From the NCBI GenBank assembly GCA_023213395.1, contig CM041465.1:88171741-88235740 (forward strand): DNA of 64,000 bases, in the 5' to 3' direction. The stretch is from Cycas panzhihuaensis. Its lineage: Eukaryota > Plantae > Cycadophyta. Positions within the stretch are counted from its first letter, which is position 1. The number at the start of each line of letters is the position of its first letter. The position numbers and the translations under genes are program-made. The notes beneath the pieces were generated by a model. The model saw nothing but the letters and a program-made list of their open reading frames with translations, was not told the origin of the DNA and made no database searches. This document shows positions 43,801-57,300 of the stretch, piece after piece.

Positions 43801-45084
43801 CTAAGTGGGTCCAACAATTACTAAAGGATGCTTCTCCTCCTCCCATAACTGCCAAAAGATCATAAAAAGTAAGACACTCCATCATCTTTGCCTTAATGGA
43901 ACATGTCTTAGAAACCTCTAAGCCTTCTACATTTAAGGAGGCAATCGAAGACCAAATGTAAAAAGTAGCAATGGATGAAGAGATGAGTTCCATCTTGAAA
44001 AATGAAACTTAGGAGCTAACAGTATTACCATATAGGAAAAATCCAATTAATTATTAATGGCTCTATAAAACTAAGTTTCATGCAGATGGCACTGTCGAAT
44101 GTTACAAAACTTGTCTAGTTGCAAAAGGTTTCAAATAACAGGAGGGGATAGACTATGATGAGACTTATGCATTGGTAGCCAATATAACCACATTCCATTT
44201 GGTGATGTCTCTAGGAGGCCAATTCAACTGGCCAATATACTAAATAGATGTGAAGAGTGCTTTCCTCAATAAAGAGCTCATAGAAGAGGTTTTTTTAAAG
44301 AAACCTCTTAGCTATGTTGTTCTTGGTAAAGAACACTTAGTTTGTAAGCCTAAGAAGGCCTTATATGGATTGAAGCAGGTACCACATAACTAGTATATAA
44401 AAATTGATGCTTTTTTCAACCAGCATGGATTCCATCATTCACCTTTTGTGTTAAACTTATACATTCGATTAGAAAATTAGATCACCATTATTATACTCTA
44501 TGTAGACAACTTGGCAATCATAAGCAATGACAATAAAGGCATAGCCTAGTTATAATCTAAATTGAAAAGCAACTTTGAGATGATAGATCTTAAGTTGCCA
44601 CACTATTTCCTTATTGAAGTATGGCAGGAACTAGGACATATCTTCCTATCACAATCAAAATATGCCAATGAGCTCTTGCAATAATTTAAAATAATAGAAT
44701 ACGAAAAGCCCCAATTCCAATGGAAATGGAACTAAGCTAAACACGGATGAACAAGGACAAGCCATTTAATCCTACTTTGTCTTGTTGGTTAGTTGGAAGC
44801 ATCATTTACCTCACACATATTTTTCCTAGATATTTCTTATGCAGTTAAGATATGCTCCAAGTACATGTCAAAGCAAAAAATATCCCATTGGAAAGATGCT
44901 ACTAGAATCCTTAAGTACATTTGTAATATATATCAATTTGGATTTGACTACAACCAAACTAAATTTCTTATCTTGAAAGGATACATAGATGCTAATTGGG
45001 TAGGTTGCTAAGACACATACCATTCAATATAGGTACTATTTTGATATAGATTTAGCTATAAACTCTTGAAGTTACAAGAAGTAG
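40892..45084 (+). mobile_element. Copia-3 gag-pol, decayed, interrupted in RNase H by element B
   Basis: MATQMFLSNVIKLNGVNNF (gag start); CMYCGKNRHLAIDC; FMTFIDDYCKKVWVYF (integrase); MDVKSAFLN-like and YVDN RT motifs; LKGYIDANWVG; ends S*SYKK* (SWSSKKQ). Confidence 0.92.
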
Positions 45085-46330
45085 CATAATGACCCCATAC
45101 TACATGTAATAGGGTAGAAGGTTAAGGTTAAGGAGGATAAGAATATGGGATTAGGTAGCTTAGTAGTAACATAATATAATAATGGGTGGCCCTCTTATAA
45201 ATATGGCACCCCCATCTTATAAGGTAGCTTGATATATTTTGAATACAATCTATTAGGGTTCACTTCAGTGCCCCTTTTAGTCTTCAGTTTGGTGACCATT
45301 CTATTTTCCAGCTTTATTCCTCTTACCTCTTATGGTTCTGAGGGTTGGCTTATAACAAGTGGTATCGGATCTAGGCAAGGGTAATTTTTTTATTTCCTCT
45401 TTATTTATCGTAGGTATTAAAGATATAATCCTTAGTGGAGGATTGGAAATCCTATTGAAGGGTTTTGAAAGCTAAAGATACGTACTTATGGCTAAAAATA
45501 AATACCCTAATAAGGATTTGTTCACTTTAAGTTGCTACTAAAGTTTCAAGAGACCCATTATTATTTTACATTTAGTGTTTATGTGAGAAGCAATTTATCA
45601 CCATGAAGAGCTACCATTCTAAGAGTATTGGGGATCTAGCTGTGGCCTTCATAATAGTTGGTATTTGGTATCACTTAAAATCATAGTGGATGGCCATAAT
45701 ATAGGGTCAAAGCTCTCCATTATCATGAAGGATTTTCACCTATTGGCCCATGCCCATATCCTTGTTGTGAGTATAAGACTCTATGCCTTTAGATCACCCA
45801 CAACTTAGGATTTCCCACTATATAGATGCTTGTGACCTATGGCCATTGAAGAGCCAACTCTTAGATCTAATATGAGCAACATCTTGCCTATTTATGCATG
45901 AGTCATATGTAATTGAAGTGCCCAACAACTAAAGATGGTCATTTTGTTGAGATCTAGTTTTAGGTGTGTGAAGTAGTACCTTACTAACAAGAAAGAAGAG
46001 CTTAGTCACTTAGCTATGGCCCAGAGCATGAATGGCACTCCTTAGTAGCTTTACTTGGTGGTTGCCTTGCTAACCCTTTATGCATATTCATAAAGCACAA
46101 GGTGACTATGGAGAACCACAGTTTCTATTCTAAGTGACTAATCTTTACAAGATATGGTTATTAGATGGAACATATAACTCAAGATCCTAAAGATCCTTGA
46201 CATCAATTCCATATAGGGTTTTAAGGTCCAAGAGGAAGAGGATTTGATGCTTTCTTGACTATCTAGTTCATTTGTCCTTTGTCCACTTGGGTTGGGATTC
46301 AATTCATGATAAGGTAGGGGAGGATGCACA

Positions 46331-46428
46331 TTAAGCAACACCATAAGTCCTTGTTATATGGATGAAACCAATAGAGGGACATGAAAGTCGCCAAAATCGA
46401 GAAAGGAATAAGTCTAGCACTTTGATAC
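46331..46428 (-). pseudogene. Candidate second captured exon (GIKVLDLFLSRFWRLS..., probably host-derived only down to ~46381)
   Basis: A 124-nt GT..AG intron (46429-46552, ending taagcag) joins it in frame to the 66-nt exon; the frame closes at TAA 46331-46333. Confidence 0.5.
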
Positions 46429-46552
46429 CTGCTTATTCAAAGGACAAAGAATTTTCGAGGACACTATAGGGTTTTGAACCAACGATATATGAATCCTTAT
46501 TGCATTATACGAAATGAAATTTTGGCATTTATATCTTCATTTTCCTGGATAC

Positions 46553-46618
46553 CTTCATAAAGATCTTTGTGGAGAGATCCTCTTAGATTGCAAATCGTCC
46601 TTATCACATCATAGACAC
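46553..46618 (-). pseudogene. Candidate captured host exon (66 nt, phase 1/1; GVYDVIRTICNLRGSLHKDLYE)
   Basis: gcgtag|GTGTCTATG...TATGAAG|gtatcc with canonical splice sites, an open frame and AT-rich flanks. Confidence 0.6.
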
Positions 46619-48493
46619 CTACGCATTAATCTTTAAAACATGAATGAAAAAATGCTACAAATGCAACATTCAAATACAGTTTATAATAAGTCAGGATATG
46701 GTAAGTGAAAATGTTTGTAAAATTATTTGTATTATGGTTTAAGTCAAATCACGTGAAGTACTAATGATGACAAATGGAATTTAGCTTATCAATAACATTG
46801 ATAAGTTTCTAATTTTAATATTTATTTGATTACTAAATTGCTAAAGTTAAATTAAATTAAATTAAATTATAGTTGCACTTGAAATCTACCTCTTTCATAA
46901 GATAATCAATGGTCACATGGAATGCCTAAAATGACTCTTTTTCTTTCTAAAAGGGGCTTAATGACAATTAAAATAGTCTTCTAAAAAATATTTTATCACA
47001 TTATGTACACCATTTTTGTCATATCTTCTTCATAAAACTCGAATTAGATTCTCCCGAGATTTATTTGGTTCTTTGGTTTGACTTTGATTTGGAATATGAT
47101 ATGTGATATTTTAAACCTTTTCTTATAGTATATATTAATGTTTGAAGTTGAGTCTCATGATTGAGTATGTCATTTTTATATAATTTTATAGTTTTTTAGG
47201 TTGTTTATATTTTAGCTTGCATGCCATTGCTCTTAAGGTATGACATTAAGGGGCTAACCATTTATGGACAATTCCTTGAAAAAAGGAGACAGAATGGAAA
47301 GCTAGGGACCTGATAGGAAATTACTTGCATCCTATGAAAAAAATGGTCTTCTTGATTGGTACTATGACTATGAATAATTCTTTTTTGACTACAATGCTGA
47401 CCTTGAACTTTGTTTACTTTGGGATGGATGGTGATATTCAACTTTATGACTAGGTTGCTACTCTAGAATAGTTCTTTTGAAGATTATTCTACACTTTATT
47501 ACTTCAAAAGCAAGTTCTATGCCAAGGTCATATTTGCTATGCTATTCTTGCTTGATAGGACCTCCATCGAATGGTTTGAAATAGTGGTGTCTTTCATACC
47601 CAGATCTAAATTGAGCTCCTTTAAGATGGAACTTCAAAGAGAAATAGGGGGGCTTGTCTAGCCATTGAGGCTTCTTAGAAAAAGAAAATGTGCAAGACCA
47701 AAGATATTGGGTTGCAAGATGATCATCAACATATTGAGCAATCATTTCCTAATTAGAGCACCCATCTAGAAGGGAGAGGCTAAAGCAAGGGAAGAAAAAA
47801 GAAGATGAGGGGTACATTTTACTTTGAGATCGACATGATGAAATCCCTTTACTTAAAGGTGTAAATATTAAGCTAGCTCCATCATCATTCAAATTACTGA
47901 AGAGCATTTGGGTTCTCGTTTTATGGATTCTCATATCACTACACCACATGCCCACGCGTTCTTTGGTTTTATAGTTAGATGAAGGAGTCACTCTTTTTGG
48001 GACCACATCTACTTTATTTACATGGACTTATGCATCTTTTCTCAATAATAAGATCTCAATAACATGATGCTTGTAACAATAATATCTCCCTCCACTTCGT
48101 TCACCTGTGAGTCAAACTACTTATGACATATTATCGATTGATGAGGTGGTAGATATATATATTTTTGTATTAGGATGCTTTGAGGGTAAATCAATCGGCG
48201 GGAGAGGGCATCACAATGACCCCATACTACATATAATAGGATAGAAAGGTTAAGGGTTAAGGGGATAAGAATGCTTAGGATTAGGTAGTTTAGTAGCAAC
48301 ATAATATTATAATGGGTGGCCCTCTTATAAATATGTCACCCCATCTTATATAAGGTAGCTTGATATATTTTTGAATACCATAATCTATTAGGGTTCCATT
48401 TAGCACCATTTTGGTCTTCATTTTGGTAATTATTCCATCTTAGTTTTCTTTCCTCTTGCTCTCTTATGGTTATGGGGAGTTGGCTATAATTCA

Positions 48494-48592
48494 TCCTAAT
48501 ATTACTCTCATCTACCAAATAGAATACAAAAGTAACTATCCATACCACCACGAGTTGATTTGGCTTAGAAGGATTCTTGTCGAGCTTGGACT
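48494..48592 (+). mobile_element. Continuation of copia-3 RNase H, truncated by the gap
   Basis: Decayed ALSSTEAEY-like sequence followed by ELIWLRRILVELG. Confidence 0.85.
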
Positions 48593-49092
48593 NNNNNNNN
48601 NNNNNNNNNNNNNNNNNNNNNNNNNNNNNNNNNNNNNNNNNNNNNNNNNNNNNNNNNNNNNNNNNNNNNNNNNNNNNNNNNNNNNNNNNNNNNNNNNNNN
48701 NNNNNNNNNNNNNNNNNNNNNNNNNNNNNNNNNNNNNNNNNNNNNNNNNNNNNNNNNNNNNNNNNNNNNNNNNNNNNNNNNNNNNNNNNNNNNNNNNNNN
48801 NNNNNNNNNNNNNNNNNNNNNNNNNNNNNNNNNNNNNNNNNNNNNNNNNNNNNNNNNNNNNNNNNNNNNNNNNNNNNNNNNNNNNNNNNNNNNNNNNNNN
48901 NNNNNNNNNNNNNNNNNNNNNNNNNNNNNNNNNNNNNNNNNNNNNNNNNNNNNNNNNNNNNNNNNNNNNNNNNNNNNNNNNNNNNNNNNNNNNNNNNNNN
49001 NNNNNNNNNNNNNNNNNNNNNNNNNNNNNNNNNNNNNNNNNNNNNNNNNNNNNNNNNNNNNNNNNNNNNNNNNNNNNNNNNNNNNNNNNNNN
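48593..49092. other. Assembly gap (500 N)
   Basis: Run of exactly 500 N, a round placeholder size. Confidence 1.
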
Positions 49093-52000
49093 CTAGATAT
49101 AACATGGTGACCTTAGTGTCTTGAGAACATCACATAGAAAATTATGATTTTTATTATACAGAATGAAAATATACATAACTTGTAGCAAATGCTTATAATA
49201 ATAACAACCAAGCCTCCTTCTTAGCCAATTATATCAATATATCAAATGCATAAATCTAATAGAAACATCCTAAATCGGGAGGCTATATGAGAAGTCTTAC
49301 AAGGCATAAATCTCAATTTAACAAATCGGGGTATTTTTTTATTGAATGACTACGATTCTCTTATAATTTAGTATGTTTTACATCACCGGCTACCGGGTTG
49401 AAGTCTTGCCTCTGGCCTGTTACAAGGAGGTTTCCAGTACGCATCCCTTAGCTAAGGGGGACTCCCCGCCCTCCTTGGATCCCTCTCACGAGAAAGTTTA
49501 GGGGAAAGCTGTCTTGCTAACCCCTCGGCTGAAATTTTACCTCGAAAATATTGTTGTCATATTATCTAATAATCTTCACGCTTGACAACAATCTACTCGA
49601 TACATTTTTTGGACCATTAATCACACTTTTCCTCGTAAACCAAGAGAAGCCAAGTATTATTTGAACTTCTAACCTACTTTACCGGTTTTGTAAACATGTC
49701 AATATAATTCTATGTATTCGTTAACTTTCTTAAGTGTCAATAAATTCACTTGCTTCACAACCTATCTAACAAAATGGTACTTAAGAGCAATATAACAGTC
49801 GCATTACTATAATAAGCTAGATTCCTTCTTCAAGTAACATGACACTTTGACCGTCACAAAGTACCTTTACCCTTCCTGGGGTTCCTTCTAAGCTCTTGGG
49901 GAAGCCAATGTAGACTCTACAACTAGATTGCTTCCTTACAAGCATGTGTTGCCAGAAAACATATTCGCCATCAGTCAATAATGTAATTGTACCATATAAT
50001 TTTGACATCCAACTAACTGAGACCATTGCAAGAGTAAACATATAACACGAAGTAGAACTTTCTTTTATTTAAATCTCATATAAAATGCGAATCAACATAT
50101 TCATAAATCTAATTATTTGTACCAATAAAGGTAATGCAATAGTTACTTGTGGCTCTCAAATACTTTAAAAGCCATAAGCATTTCCAATGCTTCCAACTGT
50201 TTATTTCCTAGATTTTTCTGCATAAAAGTCGCTAACTATATTGACTATATAGCAAAATGTCGGGTCTTGTACATACCGTGGCATACATCAAACTTCCTAC
50301 TACATTGGTATAATTACATAAAACATATAATCTTTTCTTCTTCACTACTAGGACTCATATCAAGAAAGCTCAAATGGAAACCAACAAGATACTAATTAGT
50401 TTCACATTTTCCATACATCTGGGTTAGTACCTTTCTCCATATATTTCTCTTTGGAATAACCATAACTTGGCTTCATTTTTCACTATCTCTACGTAATCTC
50501 CATGCTCTAAAATTTGTTTTGTAGCTCCTAGATCCTTTCCATATTAAAAGTCATAGCTAATTGAGCCTTTAGCTTGTTGATTTCGCCTATATTCTTGCTT
50601 GCAACTAATATGTCATCAACATACAATACCAAGATAATGAATAAACTATTGTACAAGAATTTAAAATAAATACAATGATCATACTCACTTCTTTTTTGAA
50701 ATTTTGACTCTCCATGAAGCCATTAAACTTCTTGCTTATCATTCCACTGGTGATTGCTTTAGGGCATACGATGATTTCTGAGAGCCCACAAACAAGTCTT
50801 TTCTTACCATCATGTACAACCCTTTACGGTTGATCGATATAGATCTCCTTATCTAAATCTCTTCACCGGAGAAAAAGCTATTTTTACATCTAATTGCTCT
50901 AACTCTAAATCAAGAGAAGCTACCAATGTTAGCCAGAACTCAAATTAAAATAAGTATAACAACATATGAAAGATCTTATGAAAAATCAATACTTGCTTTC
51001 TATGTAAAGCCCTTAGATACTGTCTTGTCCTATATTTACTAATCTTTTCATCAACTTATATGTTTTCTTCTTGAAAACTTACCTACAACCAATAATCTTC
51101 CAAAACGCATATGAAAGTTCTACCAAGTCCCATGAATTATTTTCTTCAAAGTATCTATCTCTTCTTGCATAGCCCTCTTCCACTTCTCACTCATGGATAT
51201 TATCTACTACTTCTTGATAGCATGTAGGATCACCATCGTAGAAACCAAAGTAATACAAAATATAATAATAACTATACCTATCGGATGGATGGTGACTCAT
51301 GTAGATCTTCTATGGGTTGGTAGAGGAGTGACCACATACTCTTGTAAATTTATTGTAGATGCATATTTAGAAAACTCTTCTTGCTTTTCTGTTTCCAAAG
51401 ATGGTTGGGTCTTAAACTTGACATTGATGTTTAACTTTACGCTCATATTTCACTTTAACTTCTATACTATCGATTTTAGAAAGGGAGGTTCATCAAATAT
51501 AACATCTCTATTAATAGTAATTTTGTGGGTAGTAGGATCCTACAACCTATATTCCTCCATACCATCTTTATCACCATAATCAACAAATATATATCTCTTA
51601 GATTTTGGGTCAAACTTTGAACATTGCCTTTTATTAGTCAAGGTATAAACATCACAACTAAAAACTTTCAAATTTGAATAGCCACATGGATGTCTAGTCC
51701 ATACCTCTTGAGAATCTTGTAGTCTATTACAAGTGATGGTGACCTATTTACTAAATAACAAGCTATTTGAATAGCTTCGTTAAGCCATGCTCCTCTCTTG
51801 TGTTACTTGGCATGCTTCTCACTCTTTCTAAGGCTGCTTTTCTCATGTGCTCAACTATGTCATTATACTTTCTGAGTATAGCTAGTGGTCTTATGCCTCT
51901 TGATCCTAACTTCTACATATTGTTTCTTAAACTCTAAAGAGTTAAACTTACCTCCATTGTTAGTTCTTAAACATTTGATTGACCTACCAATGCTCTTCTC

Positions 52001-54306
52001 AACCAGAGCCTTGAACTGCTTAAATATACTAAAAGCTTTAGATTTCTTTTTAAAAAATTAGACCCATATCTTTCAGGAGTAATCATCTATAAATGTGACA
52101 AAGTATAATGATCCTCCATAAGATATTGTAGGGGCTAGTCCCCGTACATCCGAATGTACATAATCCAAAACACCTTTACTAGTGTGACTCCCTACTTTAA
52201 ACCTGACTCTACACTGCTTTCTAAAAATATAATATTTACAAAAAGTCAAATTTGAAAGTTGCAAGTTATAAAGTAACTTATGGTTCATCAGCACCTTAAG
52301 CCCTCTTTCACTCATGTGCTTAAGTCTCTGATACCATAACTGAGCTAGATCTTCTGCAATCTTTGATGTTGTAGCTGCATAAATGACATCTACAGTTTTT
52401 ACCAAAATATAAAGGTTTTCTTTCTTTAAGACTTTCATAACAACCAAGGTGCCCTTTTACACCTTCAAGACTCCTTCATGACTTATGTACTTATAATTAC
52501 TAGAATCTAGTTCATCCAAGGAAATTAGATTCTTTTTTAGATTAGGTACATGTCTAACTTCAATTAATATTCTTACTACACTATTACATATTTTAATTTT
52601 GATGCTACCAATGCCCACTGTTTTATAGGAATCTTCATTTCTCATAAGCACATCACCACCATTAAGAGGTTGATATGATGAAAACTAACTTTTGTGTGGA
52701 CATATGTGATGTGAAGCACTTGAATCAATAACCAATCATGATGATAATAGAAAACATTACAAACAACAAGACATCATCATCCATACCTTGATTTGACTCC
52801 ACAGTTAGCCTCCTTGGGATCTTCCTTTTTATAACTCCTTCCTTTTATAACAATCCTTCTTGAGGGTGGCCTATGTTGAGTGTGGTGCCAACATTTGAGC
52901 TTACTCTTATTGTCTTTTAACTTTGACCTCGATGTGTCCCTAGAGCTTTGTCCTTTCTCAATCATTTCACCTCTTATTATCATAGCTTCTAGTGTGGAGG
53001 TTTCAAGACTAGACTTCCTCTTCATCTCTTTCGTTAGTAAAGCACTCACAATAGAATCATAGTCTAATTCATCTATAGTACTAAAACTAATTAAATTGAC
53101 AATATTATCCTAAGATTCCAATAATGAACATAACAAGGTAATAGCCTTATCCTCATCCTCAATCTTGATATCAATACTAGTCAACTGACAAATAAGAGTA
53201 TTAAAAATATTTAAATAATTAAGAATTTTTGTACCTTCTTTTATCCATAATAAATATAATTGCCTCTTCAAGTAGACTTGATTCGTCACTGATTTAGTCA
53301 TGTACAAGTCTTCCAATCGAGTCCATAATCCTATTGTTGTATTCTCCTCTACGATGTTAAATAGAACTTTGTATACATGACCAATCGTATTATGCTAAGA
53401 GCCTTTTTATCTAGATCATCCCATTTATCATCATCCATCCTACAAATTTCTTTAGTTTGCCTTCCAAAGTTAAATACAATCTCTATCATATCGAGAATAT
53501 CATACGAGTTTAGCTTCATAATTTGAAGTTATTTTTACCATTGAATTTCTCCACCTTGAACTTTATATTCATCAGTTTTCCCATTTGGTATAGAAAAAGT
53601 TAATACCAAAACCTTCACAAACTCACTGTAAAAATAAAAGTGGCTTTGATACCACTTATTGAGAAAACTAGATCCCAATAACTAAAAACCGCCATCAAGA
53701 TCTAAACTATTTTGCAACTAGTTATAGGAATTGAAACTGAAATTTAACATGGAAGTTCTTAAACCAAAGATAATAGAATAAATAAATTTGAAAGCTAAAA
53801 CATCACATATACACTAGATATAATGTGGTAAAACCCTAATAGTGTGCTAGGGAAACATCTGCATAGGAAAGGTATTGATATTTATTATCCAAGAATGGAG
53901 AAATGTATATAATCTGCAGTAGAATACTTACAGTAATAACAATCAATAGACTCTTCTCAATATAGTACATCCAATACATCAAATACCATCAACATAATGA
54001 AAAAACACCATAAGTCAGGCTATATGAGAGAGTCATACAAGGCACAAATCTCGACCATCAAATCTGGGATATTTTTAACGAATGATCTTGATTATTTTTA
54101 CAATTTAGTATGCTTTACAATGCTAACTTTTTGGATCAGGGGCTACTTCCCCCAAGCTCCCATTTGTGGGGGTGGTTTTGGCACCCTTCATCCCCGACCA
54201 AGGGGCTCTTGCTCCTTTAGATTCCCTTGCAAAGTTTAGGGGGAAATCACATTACCAACCTGCTAAAATTTTTGCCTCCAAAATATTATTATCACATTAT
54301 CTAACA
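49093..54306 (-). mobile_element. Second copy of copia-1 (starts within the 3' LTR; 5' LTR 53657-54306)
   Basis: Same gag and integrase ORFs (53110..53316, 52073..52447), PBS at 53643-53654, same caagg flank. Confidence 0.93.
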
Positions 54307-54311
54307 CAAGG

Positions 54312-57300
54312 AATAAATTAAGAAGTAAAGTAAGGAGGCCAAACTTTAAATGGCCAGAGAAGAAATGCTCCTAGACCTAATATATCAAAAGTAGTCTGAT
54401 AACCAATTAAGTAGTGACAAGCCATTACTAATATACCAACTTCATGGTAGCCAATTCCTCTAAGGCATTTAGACAATGCAACTGAAAGTTTGCCTAAAGA
54501 ATATAATATTGTGAAAGACTTGCTTTTAGATATTCTATAGGTATGAATATACATTAGGTAATAAAGGTTACCTATACAAAAGGAATAGCTTATCAACATA
54601 TTATTGTCAAAAGAGTTTAGATAGAACAACATTGCCATACAAGGAGAGAAAATAATTAAGACAATTATCCTCCCGAGAAAGTCTATGAATAATCCTATTT
54701 ATTTATCAATAGAAATGCATGATGAGTTTATACTACACAATTATATAGTTCATGTAGGAGCACTGCACAATGTGATGCCTTTTGTTATGATATAAGGCCT
54801 AGGATTATAATGCACAAAGTTGACTAGTTTATTAGAACTCTAGACAATAGTGTTATGTTTACAGTTGGGTAAGCCAAGGATCCAATTGTCAACCTCTTAG
54901 CAAATTTGAAGGTGATGGATGTTATCTCAATCATGGTGGTTGGTATGCCACCTGCATATGGTCTACTATTAGGCAAAGATTGGTCTCATCAAAGAAGAGT
55001 AATATTTCATATCAAAATGGGTTCTATAGCTTTCTTATTATATTGAGATATCATCTCTTTCCCTAGGGAAGAAAGGTATTCTAATCATGTGTAAGTAAAT
55101 GGAGGAGGAATTGGTAGATACTGTTTTGTTTCTAATGCCATGGGAACTTTTACTATTTCTTCATGCTAAAATAAAGGATTACCAATATAGGAAGAATAAA
55201 AATATCAAACTAAGAAAGGAAACCTCACATAAATCTAGACTTGCACTTTAAACTTAGAGTAGGTGCTAGTGTTGTTCATAGATTCCTTGTAGGACACACT
55301 AATGTTTTCTTATCTGTTCAAATTTGATTATGCTAATAATATCACAAAGAATGAGGCCTTAATTCTAGGGTTGTAAAGGGTCAAAGCTTGAAGATTAAAT
55401 TGCTAAGGGTCTACAGGGATTCTATCTTTGTAGTTCAACAAATTAGGGTTTTTTGCTCTACCAAATATGAAAGTTTAAAATCTTATAAGTAAGAGAGTAT
55501 TGGAACTCATAGACAACTCTTAAGCCTTCAACATTGAACATGTTCCTAAGGAGGATAACTAGTTTGTAGACTCTCTTGCAAGAGCAACATCCTTATTGGA
55601 AAATATCTTAGAAGTAGGTCATGATCATGATGTAGTTGAGTTGATTACCATAGTTGTAGTATCAGATAATATGAAATATTAACAAGTATTTGATGATGAT
55701 TAGGAAAAGACTAAATAATTACATAAATAATAAGAGTCTAAAATCAATTATGAGGTTGAAGTGGTAACCCTTAAGTAAAACAAGATCATTAAAAAGTATG
55801 GTTTCCTTGAAACTCTTTAATGGAAATGATTCTCCAAGATTAAACATATAGGATCTGAGATTTTAAAGAAAAATTTAGAGGAAAGAGTACTTGATAATTT
55901 GGGTACTAAGGAAAACCCTAAGACCATTTTGATAAATAATGCTTACTCTCAAAAGGAAAAGGAAAATATTATTTTTCTATGCATAGAATATCAAGACATC
56001 TTTGCTTGCTCTTATGAAGATATAAAGGTATCCAACCTTGATATAATCCAACATTAGATTCCTTTAAAGTCAGGAGTTAGATCTTTTAAATAGAAGAAAA
56101 GTTAGATAACCCTAAAATAAAGGACTTGATATGGAAGAGGTGTAGAAGTTAAGATATGCAAATAAAAAAATTCCAGTTAGGTATTTAGAATGGGTTGTAA
56201 TTTTGGTTTTGGTCTAAAAGAAAGATTGAAATATTGTTTGTGTGTTGATTTTCAAAACTTGATAAGCATTCCCTTAAGGACAATCACCTTCTCCTACAAA
56301 TAGAACCATTTTTTTGAAAGGTGTTAAATGGATTCTCTGGATTCAATCAAGTATTGGTGACAATTGAAAATATACATAACTATTTTTACCATACCGTGGG
56401 GCATATTTGCTTGCAAGAAAATGTCTATTGGGTTGATTAATATTATACCAATATTTCAAAAGGTTATGGACTATTTATTTAGGGATTTGATTGCCATCAT
56501 AAGCATCATCTATTTAGATGACATGATTGCCATCTCTAAGAAACAAGTAGATAATATGGAATAACTAAGATCGAGAGTCCAAAAATATTGGCAATTTGGT
56601 ATATCCCTTGATCTGAAAAATAATATTTTTGGTGTTACTGAATGAGAATTACTAAGATATACAATTTCAAAAGAAGGGACATATGTTGACCTTGAATGAG
56701 TAGTGACAATTAAAGAGCTATCATTACCTATTAATAAAAAAATAACCCAATCTTTCTTTGGTAAGATTTTTTTTGTTTTTAGAAGATTTATCCTAGATTT
56801 AGCTAGGGTAACCCTTTTCATTAATAAGTTGCTCAAGAAATCTTTGCCTTTTATGTGGGATTGTCTTGCTCATAAAGCCTTTGATAAGATCAAAGGTATT
56901 ATCATGTAATTCTTGATATCAACTAGAATTGACTTTGACAAGGACTTCATTTTCTGTTACTATGCTTTACATGGAGTTCATGTAGCCATGCCATTGTACA
57001 ATGATGTAGATAACTAAGAAAGGCCAATAGTCTTTTTAAGTAGAGCTTTAAAGGGTTACCAACTAAGATACATGGAAGTTGAGAAGCATGCATATATCTT
57101 GGTAAAGGTAATTGAAGACTTCATGTCTTATATTATTTATAATTATATAGTAGCATATGTCCCATTAATCCTAGTAAAGGTTATGCTTACTCAAATTGAG
57201 CTACTAGGAGATGGGCCAAGTGGTTGACCAAAATCTAGAGGCTTAGAATTACTAAAGGACAAAGTTTCTCTAAATTAATAGTAGAGAGTGAAGCTTAAAA

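Larger units (their letters stand above)
45085..48493 (+). mobile_element. Element B: non-autonomous LTR retroelement (~3.4 kb, ~275-bp LTRs)
   Basis: LTRs ~45085-45357 and ~48212-48493 (aatgaccccatactacat...gttggct(t)ataa); PBS tggtatcggatc 45360-45371; PPT gggagaggg 48200-48208; copia-3 RNase H resumes right after. TSD not resolved. Confidence 0.85.

Noticed and set aside
46417-46429. PBS-like ggtatcaaagtgc on the minus strand
   Set aside because: No LTR end or partner LTR adjoins it; better explained as a cag|GTATC splice acceptor, though not excluded.
48456-49124. ORFs of 177-222 aa
   Set aside because: They run through the N gap; only ELIWLRRILVELG is meaningful (copia RNase H).
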